From an uncultured Planctomycetaceae bacterium (GTDB lineage: Bacteria > Planctomycetota > Planctomycetia > Planctomycetales > Planctomycetaceae), in the NCBI GenBank assembly GCA_943787265.1, contig CALSLT010000044.1, positions 1-64,000 of the forward strand: a stretch of 64,000 nt of DNA, in the 5' to 3' direction. The notes below the pieces were generated by a model. The model was not told where the DNA came from, searched no databases, and saw only the letters and a list, made by a program, of their open reading frames with translations. This document shows positions 20,987 to 27,803 of the stretch, in pieces (the stretch's first letter is position 1; every line of letters begins with the position of its first letter). A program made the translations under genes and the position numbers.

Positions 20987-21062
20987 GGCCGAGTACGCAA
21001 TCAGGCAAAGCGGCGAGGTCGAGAGCCTCGTGATTTTGTGGGTTCGACTCCCACCTCGGTCA
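20987..21062 (+). tRNA. class-I tRNA-like with Leu anticodon GAG
   Basis: Acceptor GGCCGAG/CTCGGTC, anticodon stem CGAGG/CCTCG, loop TCGAGAG (C at position 33), T-arm GTGGG-TTCGACT-CCCAC. D-arm irregular. 76 nt. Confidence 0.4.
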
Positions 21063-21151
21063 CTTTGAGTTGAGAGTGGATTGTTCAGAGTCCGGAGGCT
21101 TTTCCTAAGCGGTACCTCTGGACTCTCGTCTCTCAACTCTGGTCTCAACCC

Positions 21152-21223
21152 GACTCCGTGGTCCAACGGCAACGACACCTGCGTGACATGCAGGAGACGA
21201 TGGTTCAACTCCATCCGGGGTCA
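21152..21223 (+). tRNA. tRNA-Val(GAC)
   Basis: Acceptor GACTCCG/CGGGGTC, anticodon stem CCTGC/GCAGG, loop GTGACAT, T-arm GATGG-TTCAACT-CCATC. Confidence 0.75.
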
Positions 21224-21234
21224 TTCCATTTGCC

Positions 21235-21313
21235 ATTAGTTATTTGTCATTTCTCATCGGTCATTGGGAGCCTGTTTACCGGGCAATGACAATTGAGAAA
21301 TGACAAATAACTA
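21235..21313. repeat. AT-rich 31-bp near-perfect inverted repeat (21-bp perfect core) with 17-bp loop
   Basis: TTAGTTATTTGTCATTTCTCA(TCGGTCATTG) ... (CAATGACAAT)TGAGAAATGACAAATAACTAA. About 25% GC in a 55% GC background. Confidence 0.8.
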
Positions 21314-21327
21314 ATGACAAATACTCC

Positions 21328-21398
21328 GGGCTGCTCGTCTAATGGGAAGACGCTTGGCTTGCAACCAGGTAATCGGGGTTCGACTCCCCGGCGGTCCA
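21328..21398 (+). tRNA. tRNA-Ala(TGC)
   Basis: G3.U70 Ala identity pair; D-stem GTCT/AGAC; anticodon stem CTTGG/CCAGG, loop CTTGCAA; T-arm CGGGG-TTCGACT-CCCCG. Confidence 0.85.
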
Positions 21399-21408
21399 CT
21401 TGAAGAAG

Positions 21409-21479
21409 TGGGGTCATGGTCCAATGGGACGACTCCAGCATGGCATGCTGGCAATCCGGGTTCGATTCCCGGTGACTCC
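21409..21479 (+). tRNA. tRNA-Ala(GGC)
   Basis: G3.U70; anticodon stem CCAGC/GCTGG, loop ATGGCAT; T-arm CCGGG-TTCGATT-CCCGG. Confidence 0.8.
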
Positions 21480-21495
21480 ATTCTCAAATCGATAC

Positions 21496-21583
21496 GGAAG
21501 GTAGCCGGATACGGTTTGCCGGACCGCACTGCTAATGCGTGTGCCTGTCATGGGTCATGTGGGTTCGAATCCCATGCCTTCCG
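21496..21583 (+). tRNA. tRNA-Ser(GCT), long variable arm
   Basis: 88 nt. Acceptor GGAAGGT/GCCTTCC, discriminator G, D-stem CCGG/CCGG, anticodon loop CTGCTAA, T-arm GTGGG-TTCGAAT-CCCAT. Confidence 0.8.
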
Positions 21584-21602
21584 CTCTTTGCAACAACAAT
21601 CT

Positions 21603-21674
21603 GGCTCGATGGTGAAACGGAGATCATCCCTTGCTTCTAACAAGGAGTTCCGGGTTCGATTCCTGGTCGGGCTA
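21603..21674 (+). tRNA. tRNA-Arg(TCT)
   Basis: D-stem GTGA/TCAT, perfect anticodon stem CCTTG/CAAGG, loop CTTCTAA, T-arm CCGGG-TTCGATT-CCTGG. Confidence 0.8.
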
Positions 21675-21689
21675 CTGGAGGAAAATGAA

Positions 21690-22157
21690 ATGAACTCAAC
21701 ATCTCATGTCATCGATAGTTTTGCCGGCGAGTACCGGTTTCTGTCGAACTTCTATCCGTCAACGATTTTCGTAGACGGATTCAGATATCCGACGGTCGAG
21801 CACGCGTTCCAGGCAGCGAAGACTGCTGACAGCGCTGCGAAACAGAAAATCGCAACAGTTCAATCGGCACTCCGAGCCAAGAGTCTCGGTCGTCAAGTAC
21901 GACTGAGAAAGGACTGGGAAGCGGTTAAGGTTGCCGTGATGAGGCAGTTTGTGACTCTGAAATTTGAGTCGCATCCCGATCTGGCAGAAATGCTGCTTGA
22001 TACGGGCGACGCGAAGCTCATTGAAGGCAACAGTTGGAATGATACCTACTGGGGCGTCTGCGGAGGTCGCGGAAAGAATCACCTCGGCAAAATTCTGATG
22101 GGAATCAGAACTCAGCTTCTGGTAACGAATCGTGAAACGACAGGGAGTATCGGCTAA
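21690..22157 (+). CDS. NADAR (DUF1768 / YbiA-like) domain protein
   Basis: GGAGG 8 nt upstream of ATG 21690. FAGEYRFLSNFYPSTIFVDGFRYPTVEHAFQAAKT ... WNDTYWGVCGGRGKNHLGKILMGIRTQL matches the NADAR consensus. The ORF-track N-terminus (21342) overlaps tRNAs and is rejected. Confidence 0.85.
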   Translation: MNSTSHVIDSFAGEYRFLSNFYPSTIFVDGFRYPTVEHAFQAAKTADSAAKQKIATVQSALRAKSLGRQVRLRKDWEAVKVAVMRQFVTLKFESHPDLAEMLLDTGDAKLIEGNSWNDTYWGVCGGRGKNHLGKILMGIRTQLLVTNRETTGSIG

Positions 22158-22173
22158 GCCCGCTGCTCCGACG

Positions 22174-22264
22174 GAAGGGCAACCCGATGGGCGACGGGAT
22201 CCGGTTGGAAGCCGGGCGAGTGCGTTAACGCGTGCCTTGCGGGTTCGATTCCCGCTCCTTCCGC
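22174..22264 (+). tRNA. tRNA-Ser(GGA), long variable arm
   Basis: 91 nt. Acceptor GGAAGGG/TCCTTCC, discriminator G, anticodon stem TCCGG/CCGGG, loop TTGGAAG, T-arm GCGGG-TTCGATT-CCCGC. Confidence 0.8.
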
Positions 22265-22280
22265 TGCGTGTGAGGATCCA

Positions 22281-22877
22281 ATGACTGCTTATCGACAAGT
22301 TCGAGCGAACTACGACCGGGCATCGATTGTCGTCTACCAGGCGTACAACGATGCGATTGCCGATTCAGCAATCGATGCACAGAAGTTTGTGGCTCCGTTT
22401 TCATTCAACCGAATGACCTGGATCAAGTCGTCGTTTCTGTGGCTGATGGAACGGAGCGGCTGGGCGACGAAGGCGAATCAAACTCGGATTCTGGCCATCC
22501 GAATCAGTCGGTCAGGATGGGAGCGGGCATTGTCGCAAGGAGTGTTGACGTCTTTCGAACCTAGCGTGCATCGCTCGGTCGACGCGTGGAGACTGCAGTT
22601 CGAAGCCTCGCCGGTTCACGTTCAATGGGATCCGGAAAGGTCGATTCACGGCAGGAAACTGGAGCATCGAGCGATTCAAGTCGGTATCAGCCGGCAGCTC
22701 ATCGAGGAATACGTGTCGTCGTGGATTCAGAGCATCGAAGACATGACCCAATTTGCAAACAAGGTCAGGCGAATGCGCATGGCTGGTAAACACTCTGAAG
22801 CTCGTCGGCTGCTTCCGATCGAACGGGAATACTCCGTTCAATCTGAAACCCGACGACAACTCGGAATTTCTAAATGA
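22281..22877 (+). CDS. DUF4291-like hypothetical protein (198 aa)
   Basis: GAGGAT RBS. The motif FSFNRMTWIKSSFLWLMERSGWATK resembles DUF4291-family proteins; this assignment is from memory and tentative. Confidence 0.6.
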   Translation: MTAYRQVRANYDRASIVVYQAYNDAIADSAIDAQKFVAPFSFNRMTWIKSSFLWLMERSGWATKANQTRILAIRISRSGWERALSQGVLTSFEPSVHRSVDAWRLQFEASPVHVQWDPERSIHGRKLEHRAIQVGISRQLIEEYVSSWIQSIEDMTQFANKVRRMRMAGKHSEARRLLPIEREYSVQSETRRQLGISK

Positions 22878-22971
22878 CTGACAGACTCAACCGGTCAAAC
22901 GTCCAGTCTGGAAAACCTGACGTTCGAAGTGCAACGCGTTTGCACGCAACTGGCATGAAAGGAGCTCGACG

Positions 22972-23751
22972 ATGATCACAACAAGAACTACAGACCTGCG
23001 TCGGCTCAACAGTGCGACGAAGTATCCGTCGATTGCGACGTATCACGCACTCGGAGAGAAGGGGCGGTTATTGCCAGACCATGTTGACTTGGGTGACCAG
23101 CCGTTGGTGTTGACTGAAAAAGTCGACGGTACCAATAGTCGAATTATCCTCATGCCGGACGGTGCTTACCTGATCGGGAGTCGTGAAGAGTTGCTCCACG
23201 CAAAGGGCGATCTGATTCACAACCCGGCGATGGGTATCGTCGATGCTTTGAGATCGTTCGCTGACAGTCTGGTTGAGATACGAAGTCCGGCCCCGGATGT
23301 CATCACAACGATCTATGTTGAGACTTACGGCGGCAAGACGACGGCGGCTGCAAAGCAGTACACGGGCGAGCGTCGTATCGGGTTTCGCCTGTTCGACGTA
23401 AGCATCGTGCCGATTGGGCAGATCTATTCCACACCGGAACAGATTTCGGCCTGGCGTGAATCAGGTGGGCAGAGTTTCTTCTCTGAAACTCAACTGGCTG
23501 ACTTTGCAGCGGAATCAGGCGTTGAACTGACGCCTCGAATTCAGTGCGAAAGTCAGTTGCCGGTGTCAATTTCTGAAACGCATGAGTGGCTGAAGAGTCA
23601 TCTTCCAGCAACACAGGTTGCACTGGACGAGAAGGCTGGCGGTAAGCCGGAAGGCCTCGTCGTTCGTACGGTCGATCGAAAGCGAATCGCCAAGATTCGT
23701 TTCGAAGACTACGAGCGACACGACCGACGGACTTCGAAATCAGCGCGATAA
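22972..23751 (+). CDS. ATP-dependent RNA ligase, Rnl2-like nucleotidyltransferase family
   Basis: AAAGGAG RBS. Motif I KVDGTN (TEKVDGTNSRII), motif IV EGLVVR, motif V lysine (AKIRFEDY). The N-terminal KYPSIATY block is typical of RNA-ligase adenylyltransferases. Confidence 0.8.
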   Translation: MITTRTTDLRRLNSATKYPSIATYHALGEKGRLLPDHVDLGDQPLVLTEKVDGTNSRIILMPDGAYLIGSREELLHAKGDLIHNPAMGIVDALRSFADSLVEIRSPAPDVITTIYVETYGGKTTAAAKQYTGERRIGFRLFDVSIVPIGQIYSTPEQISAWRESGGQSFFSETQLADFAAESGVELTPRIQCESQLPVSISETHEWLKSHLPATQVALDEKAGGKPEGLVVRTVDRKRIAKIRFEDYERHDRRTSKSAR

Positions 23752-23814
23752 CTTGTCGCTCAATGTTTGTCAGAGATGTACGGTCGCCGTCCGTTGTGGC
23801 GGCGACCGATTTAT

Positions 23815-23889
23815 GGTGTCCGTAGTGTAAGGGTCTTGCACGCGACTCTGTGGAAGTCGAAGAGACGGGTTCAACTCCCGCCGGACACC
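23815..23889 (+). tRNA. tRNA-His(GTG) with encoded G-1
   Basis: G-1 and discriminator C73; D-stem GTGT/GCAC; anticodon stem CGACT/AGTCG, loop CTGTGGA; T-loop TTCAACT. Confidence 0.8.
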
Positions 23890-24001
23890 CTCCACCAAAC
23901 CGAGCGTTTGGATCGGATAGCCGTTGGCGTGCATTTTCAATAAGCACGCTGAATCGGCTTGATCGATCAAAGGCGAATTAACTAAGGGAAGGAATGGTTC
24001 G

Positions 24002-24598
24002 ATGGTGGCCTCTGTTCTGGAGAGACCGACGCTTGTGCTGAATCGCAACTGGCAGCCTGTTGGCGTTGCCACGGTTGCTAAGGCACTGACGAAGGTCTGG
24101 AACAAAACGGCTCGGATTGTCGATCCGGCCGACTATCAGCAGTACTCATGGGAGAACTGGTCAGAGCTGCGTCCTGAGGACGGTGATCTGTTTATTCAGA
24201 CGAACCGGTTTCAGCTGCGGGTTCCGGAAGTGGTCACGCTGACGAAGTACGACCGACTTCCAAAGAGCGCTGTGACCTTCAGTCGAAGAAACGTTTTTAA
24301 GCGTGACAAGTTCATGTGTCAGTACTGCGGTGCTCAACCGGGCAGCGAGGAACTGACGATTGACCACGTCCTGCCGCGTGCTCAGGGAGGAACGTCCACT
24401 TGGGCTAACTGCGTGCTGGCGTGCATCGACTGCAATTCGCGGAAGGCCGACCGAACTCCGGAGCAGGCTCGGATGCCGTTGCGGTCGACGCCGGTCCGTC
24501 CAAAGTGGAAACCGGTCTACGCGTCACGCGGAATTCGTATCGAAAGCTGGTCGCGGTTCATTAGCGAAAGCTACTGGAACGCCGAACTGGAGAAGTAG
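24002..24598 (+). CDS. HNH endonuclease family protein
   Basis: C-terminal CQYCG...HVLPRAQGG...NCVLACIDCNSRKADR HNH zinc-binding motif. Confidence 0.8.
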   Translation: MVASVLERPTLVLNRNWQPVGVATVAKALTKVWNKTARIVDPADYQQYSWENWSELRPEDGDLFIQTNRFQLRVPEVVTLTKYDRLPKSAVTFSRRNVFKRDKFMCQYCGAQPGSEELTIDHVLPRAQGGTSTWANCVLACIDCNSRKADRTPEQARMPLRSTPVRPKWKPVYASRGIRIESWSRFISESYWNAELEK

Positions 24599-24679
24599 CG
24601 AAGGGGACAAGGGGTGAGCGTCAAGGGGCGAGAGCATTTAGCTCTCGACTCTGGCCTCTCGTCTCTCGACCAGAAAACA

Positions 24680-24749
24680 CAGCGGTGTGCTCCTGGGAGA
24701 GCAGACAGATTCCAAACCTGTCTCACGGGGTTCGACTCCTCGCACCGTT
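24680..24749 (+). tRNA. tRNA-Trp(CCA), irregular
   Basis: Discriminator G; D-stem GCTC/GAGC; anticodon arm GACAG-(A)TTCCAAA(C)-CTGTC with an A.C closing pair; T-arm CGGGG-TTCGACT-CCTCG. 70 nt with a 1-nt connector and 3-nt variable loop. Confidence 0.5.
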
Positions 24750-24783
24750 GCTGCGGCATGGCCGCTTTGTTTTGAGATAATTG

Positions 24784-24857
24784 CCGACGTGGCTCGATTC
24801 AGAAAGGCACCGGTCTTGTAAACCGGATGGATGTGGGTGCGAATCCCACCGTCGGCT
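24784..24857 (+). tRNA. tRNA-Thr(TGT)
   Basis: Perfect acceptor GCCGACG/CGTCGGC; anticodon stem CCGGT/ACCGG, loop CTTGTAA; T-loop TGCGAAT (G at position 55). Confidence 0.7.
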
Positions 24858-24861
24858 CTGA

Positions 24862-24933
24862 GCCCTGCGGGTGTGATGGATAGCATGGCAGTCTTCGAAA
24901 CTGTCGGACGAGGTTCGACTCCTCGGCGGGGTG
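24862..24933 (+). tRNA. tRNA-Arg(TCG)
   Basis: D-stem GTGT/GCAT; anticodon stem GCAGT/ACTGT, loop CTTCGAA; T-arm CGAGG-TTCGACT-CCTCG. Confidence 0.7.
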
Positions 24934-24936
24934 CTT

Positions 24937-25020
24937 GATGAACATCGAACATCCAACACTGAACGTCCAACATCGAATATTGGTATTCGATGTTCGTTGT
25001 TCGATGTTCAAAACGTCTTC
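24937..25020. repeat. GATGTTCGA-type repeat cluster (copy B, palindromic arrangement)
   Basis: TGAACATCGAACATCCAACACTGAACG ... ATTCGATGTTCGTTGTTCGATGTTCA. Confidence 0.6.
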
Positions 25021-25024
25021 AGAG

Positions 25025-25097
25025 TGTGGCGGATTCGCACGCGACCCTGCGAAGGTCGAGGACCAGGTTCGACTCCTGGTGAGGACACTCTTTAGTC
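25025..25097 (+). tRNA. tRNA-Arg(GCG)
   Basis: D-stem GTGT/GCAC; anticodon stem CGACC/GGTCG, loop CTGCGAA; T-arm CCAGG-TTCGACT-CCTGG. Confidence 0.7.
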
Positions 25098-25173
25098 CAG
25101 AGTCGAGGGGCAAGAGTCCAGAGGATTACTCTGGACTCTCGTCCCTCAGCTCTCGACTCCACTGACACCGATG

Positions 25174-25245
25174 CTCGATGGTCGGGCGGCTGGCTGCAAC
25201 CCAGCTTTGAGTGAGTTCGATTCTCACCGGTGTCTCTTTCATGCT
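25174..25245 (+). tRNA. tRNA-Cys(GCA)
   Basis: Perfect acceptor GACACCG/CGGTGTC, discriminator T; D-stem GCTC/GGGC; anticodon stem GCTGG/CCAGC, loop CTGCAAC; T-arm GTGAG-TTCGATT-CTCAC. Confidence 0.8.
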
Positions 25246-25339
25246 TGACTTGATGTTGTCATGACCGGCGGCGCGATTGGCTCTTTGTCAGAAGTTGGCC
25301 AGGCGTGTTCCGTGAACGGGTTCTGAACGTGACAACATC

Positions 25340-25411
25340 GAAGTGGTCGCCCAACGGTAGGGCACCAGGTTGTTAACCTGGATGTTGCGGGTTCGATTCC
25401 CGTCCACGTCT
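25340..25411 (+). tRNA. tRNA-Asn(GTT), second copy
   Basis: D-stem GCCC/GGGC; anticodon stem CCAGG/CCTGG, loop TTGTTAA; T-arm GCGGG-TTCGATT-CCCGT. Acceptor has one A.G mismatch. Confidence 0.65.
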
Positions 25412-25866
25412 CTGGTGGAAAACCAGATACTGACCGGCGCGATAGCGTCACCATTGAGCCCACGGGAGATGATTGTTTACTGAATCGGCTGCCGGTGTGT
25501 TCATGCTTGGTTTGCTCATCGCGGCGAGAGCCGCGTGTGGCGATGCCAGTTTTGACAGACATCCGGCAGCAGCATGAGTGGCGTGCCATGCAGTGTGTGG
25601 ATACCGCATTCTCGATGGCGACTTGAGCTGGTGAATCAGGGAACTCCGCTGACGCGTTCATCGTGAAGGCGGACTGACCGACGACATCAGCAAGCGTCGC
25701 TAATTCCAGCTTGCTCAAGCATCACTCCGCGCGTCGAAGTGTGATTCGTAAACGATTCATCTCCCAACGGTTTCTTTCAAGGCAGAAGGCGAAAGGATGA
25801 AGGCGAAAAACGCTTGTCTTCATCCTTCTGCCTTCTGAATTCATCCTTTCACAAAGGCGGTGGCCC

Positions 25867-26973
25867 ATGTACCCAATCAGAACAATTCGAATCCGTAGTT
25901 ACGAGATCGGTCTGCGCTTCATAGATGGAGACTTCCGTGGACTGCTCGGCGAGGGTACGCACCGACTGTTTGATCCTCTGGCAAAAACGCGAGTGGATAT
26001 CGTCTCTCGTCGCGATCCGTGGCTGCAGCACGCTGACCTCGACGTCATCGTTAAGTCCGGTGCGTTGAAGGAGCGTGCCATCGTTGTCGACCTGAAGGAT
26101 CACGAGCGAGGCCTTGTTTCGATCGATGGTCGTTTCAGCCATGTTCTTCCTCCGGGCCTGTACGCTTACTGGGTCGGTTTCAAGGATGTGCAGGTGGAAG
26201 TTGTCGATGCGCGAAACGCTCGCTTCGAACACGACCAGCTGCGAACGATTTCTCGGTCGCCGATGGTCAGCCACGTTCTGGATATTTGCACGGTCAACCG
26301 ACAGTGCATCGGCGTCCTGTTCGTGAATGGTCGCTTTGTCGACACGCTCGATCCTGGCCTGTACGCCTTCTGGAAAGGCTCCGGAGATGCGAAAGTCGTC
26401 GAAACTGATCTGCGCGAAACGATGGCCGACGTCAGCGGTCAGGAGATCATGACGTTGGACAAGGTTTCGTTGCGGATGAACGCGGTCGTCACGTACCGCA
26501 TCGTCGATCCGAAGAAGGCGGTCACGGCAACGGACGATGCTCGACAGACTCTGTACCGAGAGGTGCAGCTTGCTTTGCGAGCGGTCGTTGGTTCACGAGA
26601 ACTCGACGCGTTCCTGACCGACAAGGATGAGGTTTCGAGCGAGCTGGAAGACCTCGTTCGAAGTCGGGCGGGCGACGTGGGTCTGGAAGTGGCGTCTGTC
26701 GGGATCCGGGATGTGATTTTGCCAGGCGACATGAAGGACCTGATGAACAAAGTCACGGAGGCAAAGAAAGCCGCCGAGGCCAACCTCATCTCCCGTCGAG
26801 AGGAAACGGCAGCGATGCGAAGCCAGGCCAACACCGCCAAGGTGCTGGCCGACAACCCGACTTTGATGCGGCTTCGGGAACTGGAAGTGCTGGAGAAAAT
26901 CGCAACGACCGGCAACTTGAACGTCGTCCTCGGCGAGAAGGGCCTTGCCGACCGAGTCGTCAACTTGCTGTAA
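25867..26973 (+). CDS. SPFH / band-7 (slipin-like) domain protein
   Basis: 368 aa. A tandem duplicated N-terminal region (two similar blocks: GLYAYWVGFKDVQVEVVDAR / GLYAFWKGSGDAKVVETDLR) followed by an SPFH core and a coiled-coil tail (EAKKAAEANLISRREETAAMRSQANTAKVLAD). Confidence 0.75.
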   Translation: MYPIRTIRIRSYEIGLRFIDGDFRGLLGEGTHRLFDPLAKTRVDIVSRRDPWLQHADLDVIVKSGALKERAIVVDLKDHERGLVSIDGRFSHVLPPGLYAYWVGFKDVQVEVVDARNARFEHDQLRTISRSPMVSHVLDICTVNRQCIGVLFVNGRFVDTLDPGLYAFWKGSGDAKVVETDLRETMADVSGQEIMTLDKVSLRMNAVVTYRIVDPKKAVTATDDARQTLYREVQLALRAVVGSRELDAFLTDKDEVSSELEDLVRSRAGDVGLEVASVGIRDVILPGDMKDLMNKVTEAKKAAEANLISRREETAAMRSQANTAKVLADNPTLMRLRELEVLEKIATTGNLNVVLGEKGLADRVVNLL

Positions 26974-27022
26974 GAATAAACGCCCCTGTCCTGAGTAATC
27001 AGAGCAGGGGCGTTTGTCATTG

Positions 27023-27475
27023 TTATTGGTTATGCGCGTTCTTGATTTCATCACGCATCGTCAGTGCCGATACGACGCGAAACTTCAATCCCGGTGCGCG
27101 TTTTCGAGTGATCGATCGGGCGACTTCGGAACGCAGGCGACCGGTAACCTGCTCCAGTCGTTCCAACACGACCGATGAATTGACAGTGTCTTCCTGACCG
27201 CTCGCGACACTGACTGTCACGAGAAGCTGCGAAGCATTCGGAGCAGGGATGACAGACTCGACGATCAATGACAGCAGTACTTCGTCGGAAAATTCACCCG
27301 ACAGGACAAGGCTTAGTGTTCGCTCAACCTGTTGACAAAGCTGCTGCGTTTTTCGATCTCGTTTGCTTCGACCCGCATCGTGTTTGAAGAAGTGACGCGG
27401 GTCGACACCGTCGTCTTCCTGGATCTCACCACAGCTCGCGAGCATTTGCTCACGCTGACGATTGTTAAGGGGCAT
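27023..27475 (-). CDS. rbfA: ribosome-binding factor A-like protein
   Basis: Matches the RbfA pattern (RSKRDRKTQQLCQQVERTLSLVL...LLVTVSVA...RLRSEVARSI...RKRAPGLKFRVV); identification by motif only. Confidence 0.5.
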   Translation of the reverse strand: MPLNNRQREQMLASCGEIQEDDGVDPRHFFKHDAGRSKRDRKTQQLCQQVERTLSLVLSGEFSDEVLLSLIVESVIPAPNASQLLVTVSVASGQEDTVNSSVVLERLEQVTGRLRSEVARSITRKRAPGLKFRVVSALTMRDEIKNAHNQ

Positions 27476-27803
27476 AGAGCTCTCGTGAAATGAAGGGCGT
27501 GAAGGCTGAAGAAACAGAAGCCTCGCCGTGAGAGCTGGTCGACACGCTGCATACCGACTTGTGTCAGAAGCGTTCGACGAAAAGCGTCAAGAGGCACGAC
27601 GAGGCCGTTCTGAGGGCAATGCATTGCATCGTCGGTCTCCTTTCGTGAGGGGCAGCGCTGGAAATCGGATCACTTTGGCCGCGAATGCCCCACCGACACA
27701 TCGCTGGGCGAGACGGTTCGCACTCTGCGTGGCGAAATTCGATCGGCCATTCCGAGGCATCTAACGTGGGGCGGTTGCATCGCCGTGTCTGAAGTTGCAT
27801 TGC

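Noticed and set aside
20762-21214. ORFs 20762-21073(+) and 20807-21214(-)
   Set aside because: They span tRNA-like sequences and hairpin repeats in the array; no coding signal.
21342-21689. N-terminal 116 codons of the ORF-track version of the NADAR gene
   Set aside because: Overlaps tRNA-Ala(GGC), tRNA-Ser(GCT) and tRNA-Arg(TCT). A proper RBS and ATG are at 21690.
25239-25718. 159-aa minus-strand ORF
   Set aside because: Overlaps tRNA-Cys and tRNA-Asn. Contains the WTGIEPAT-type peptide that arises from translating a tRNA T-arm in reverse.
25412-25860. Possible tmRNA or RNase P RNA in the ORF-free segment after the tRNA array
   Set aside because: No tRNA-like T-arm or acceptor at the 3' end and no conserved RNase P or tmRNA sequence blocks were found by eye. 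Left as an unexplained noncoding segment only.
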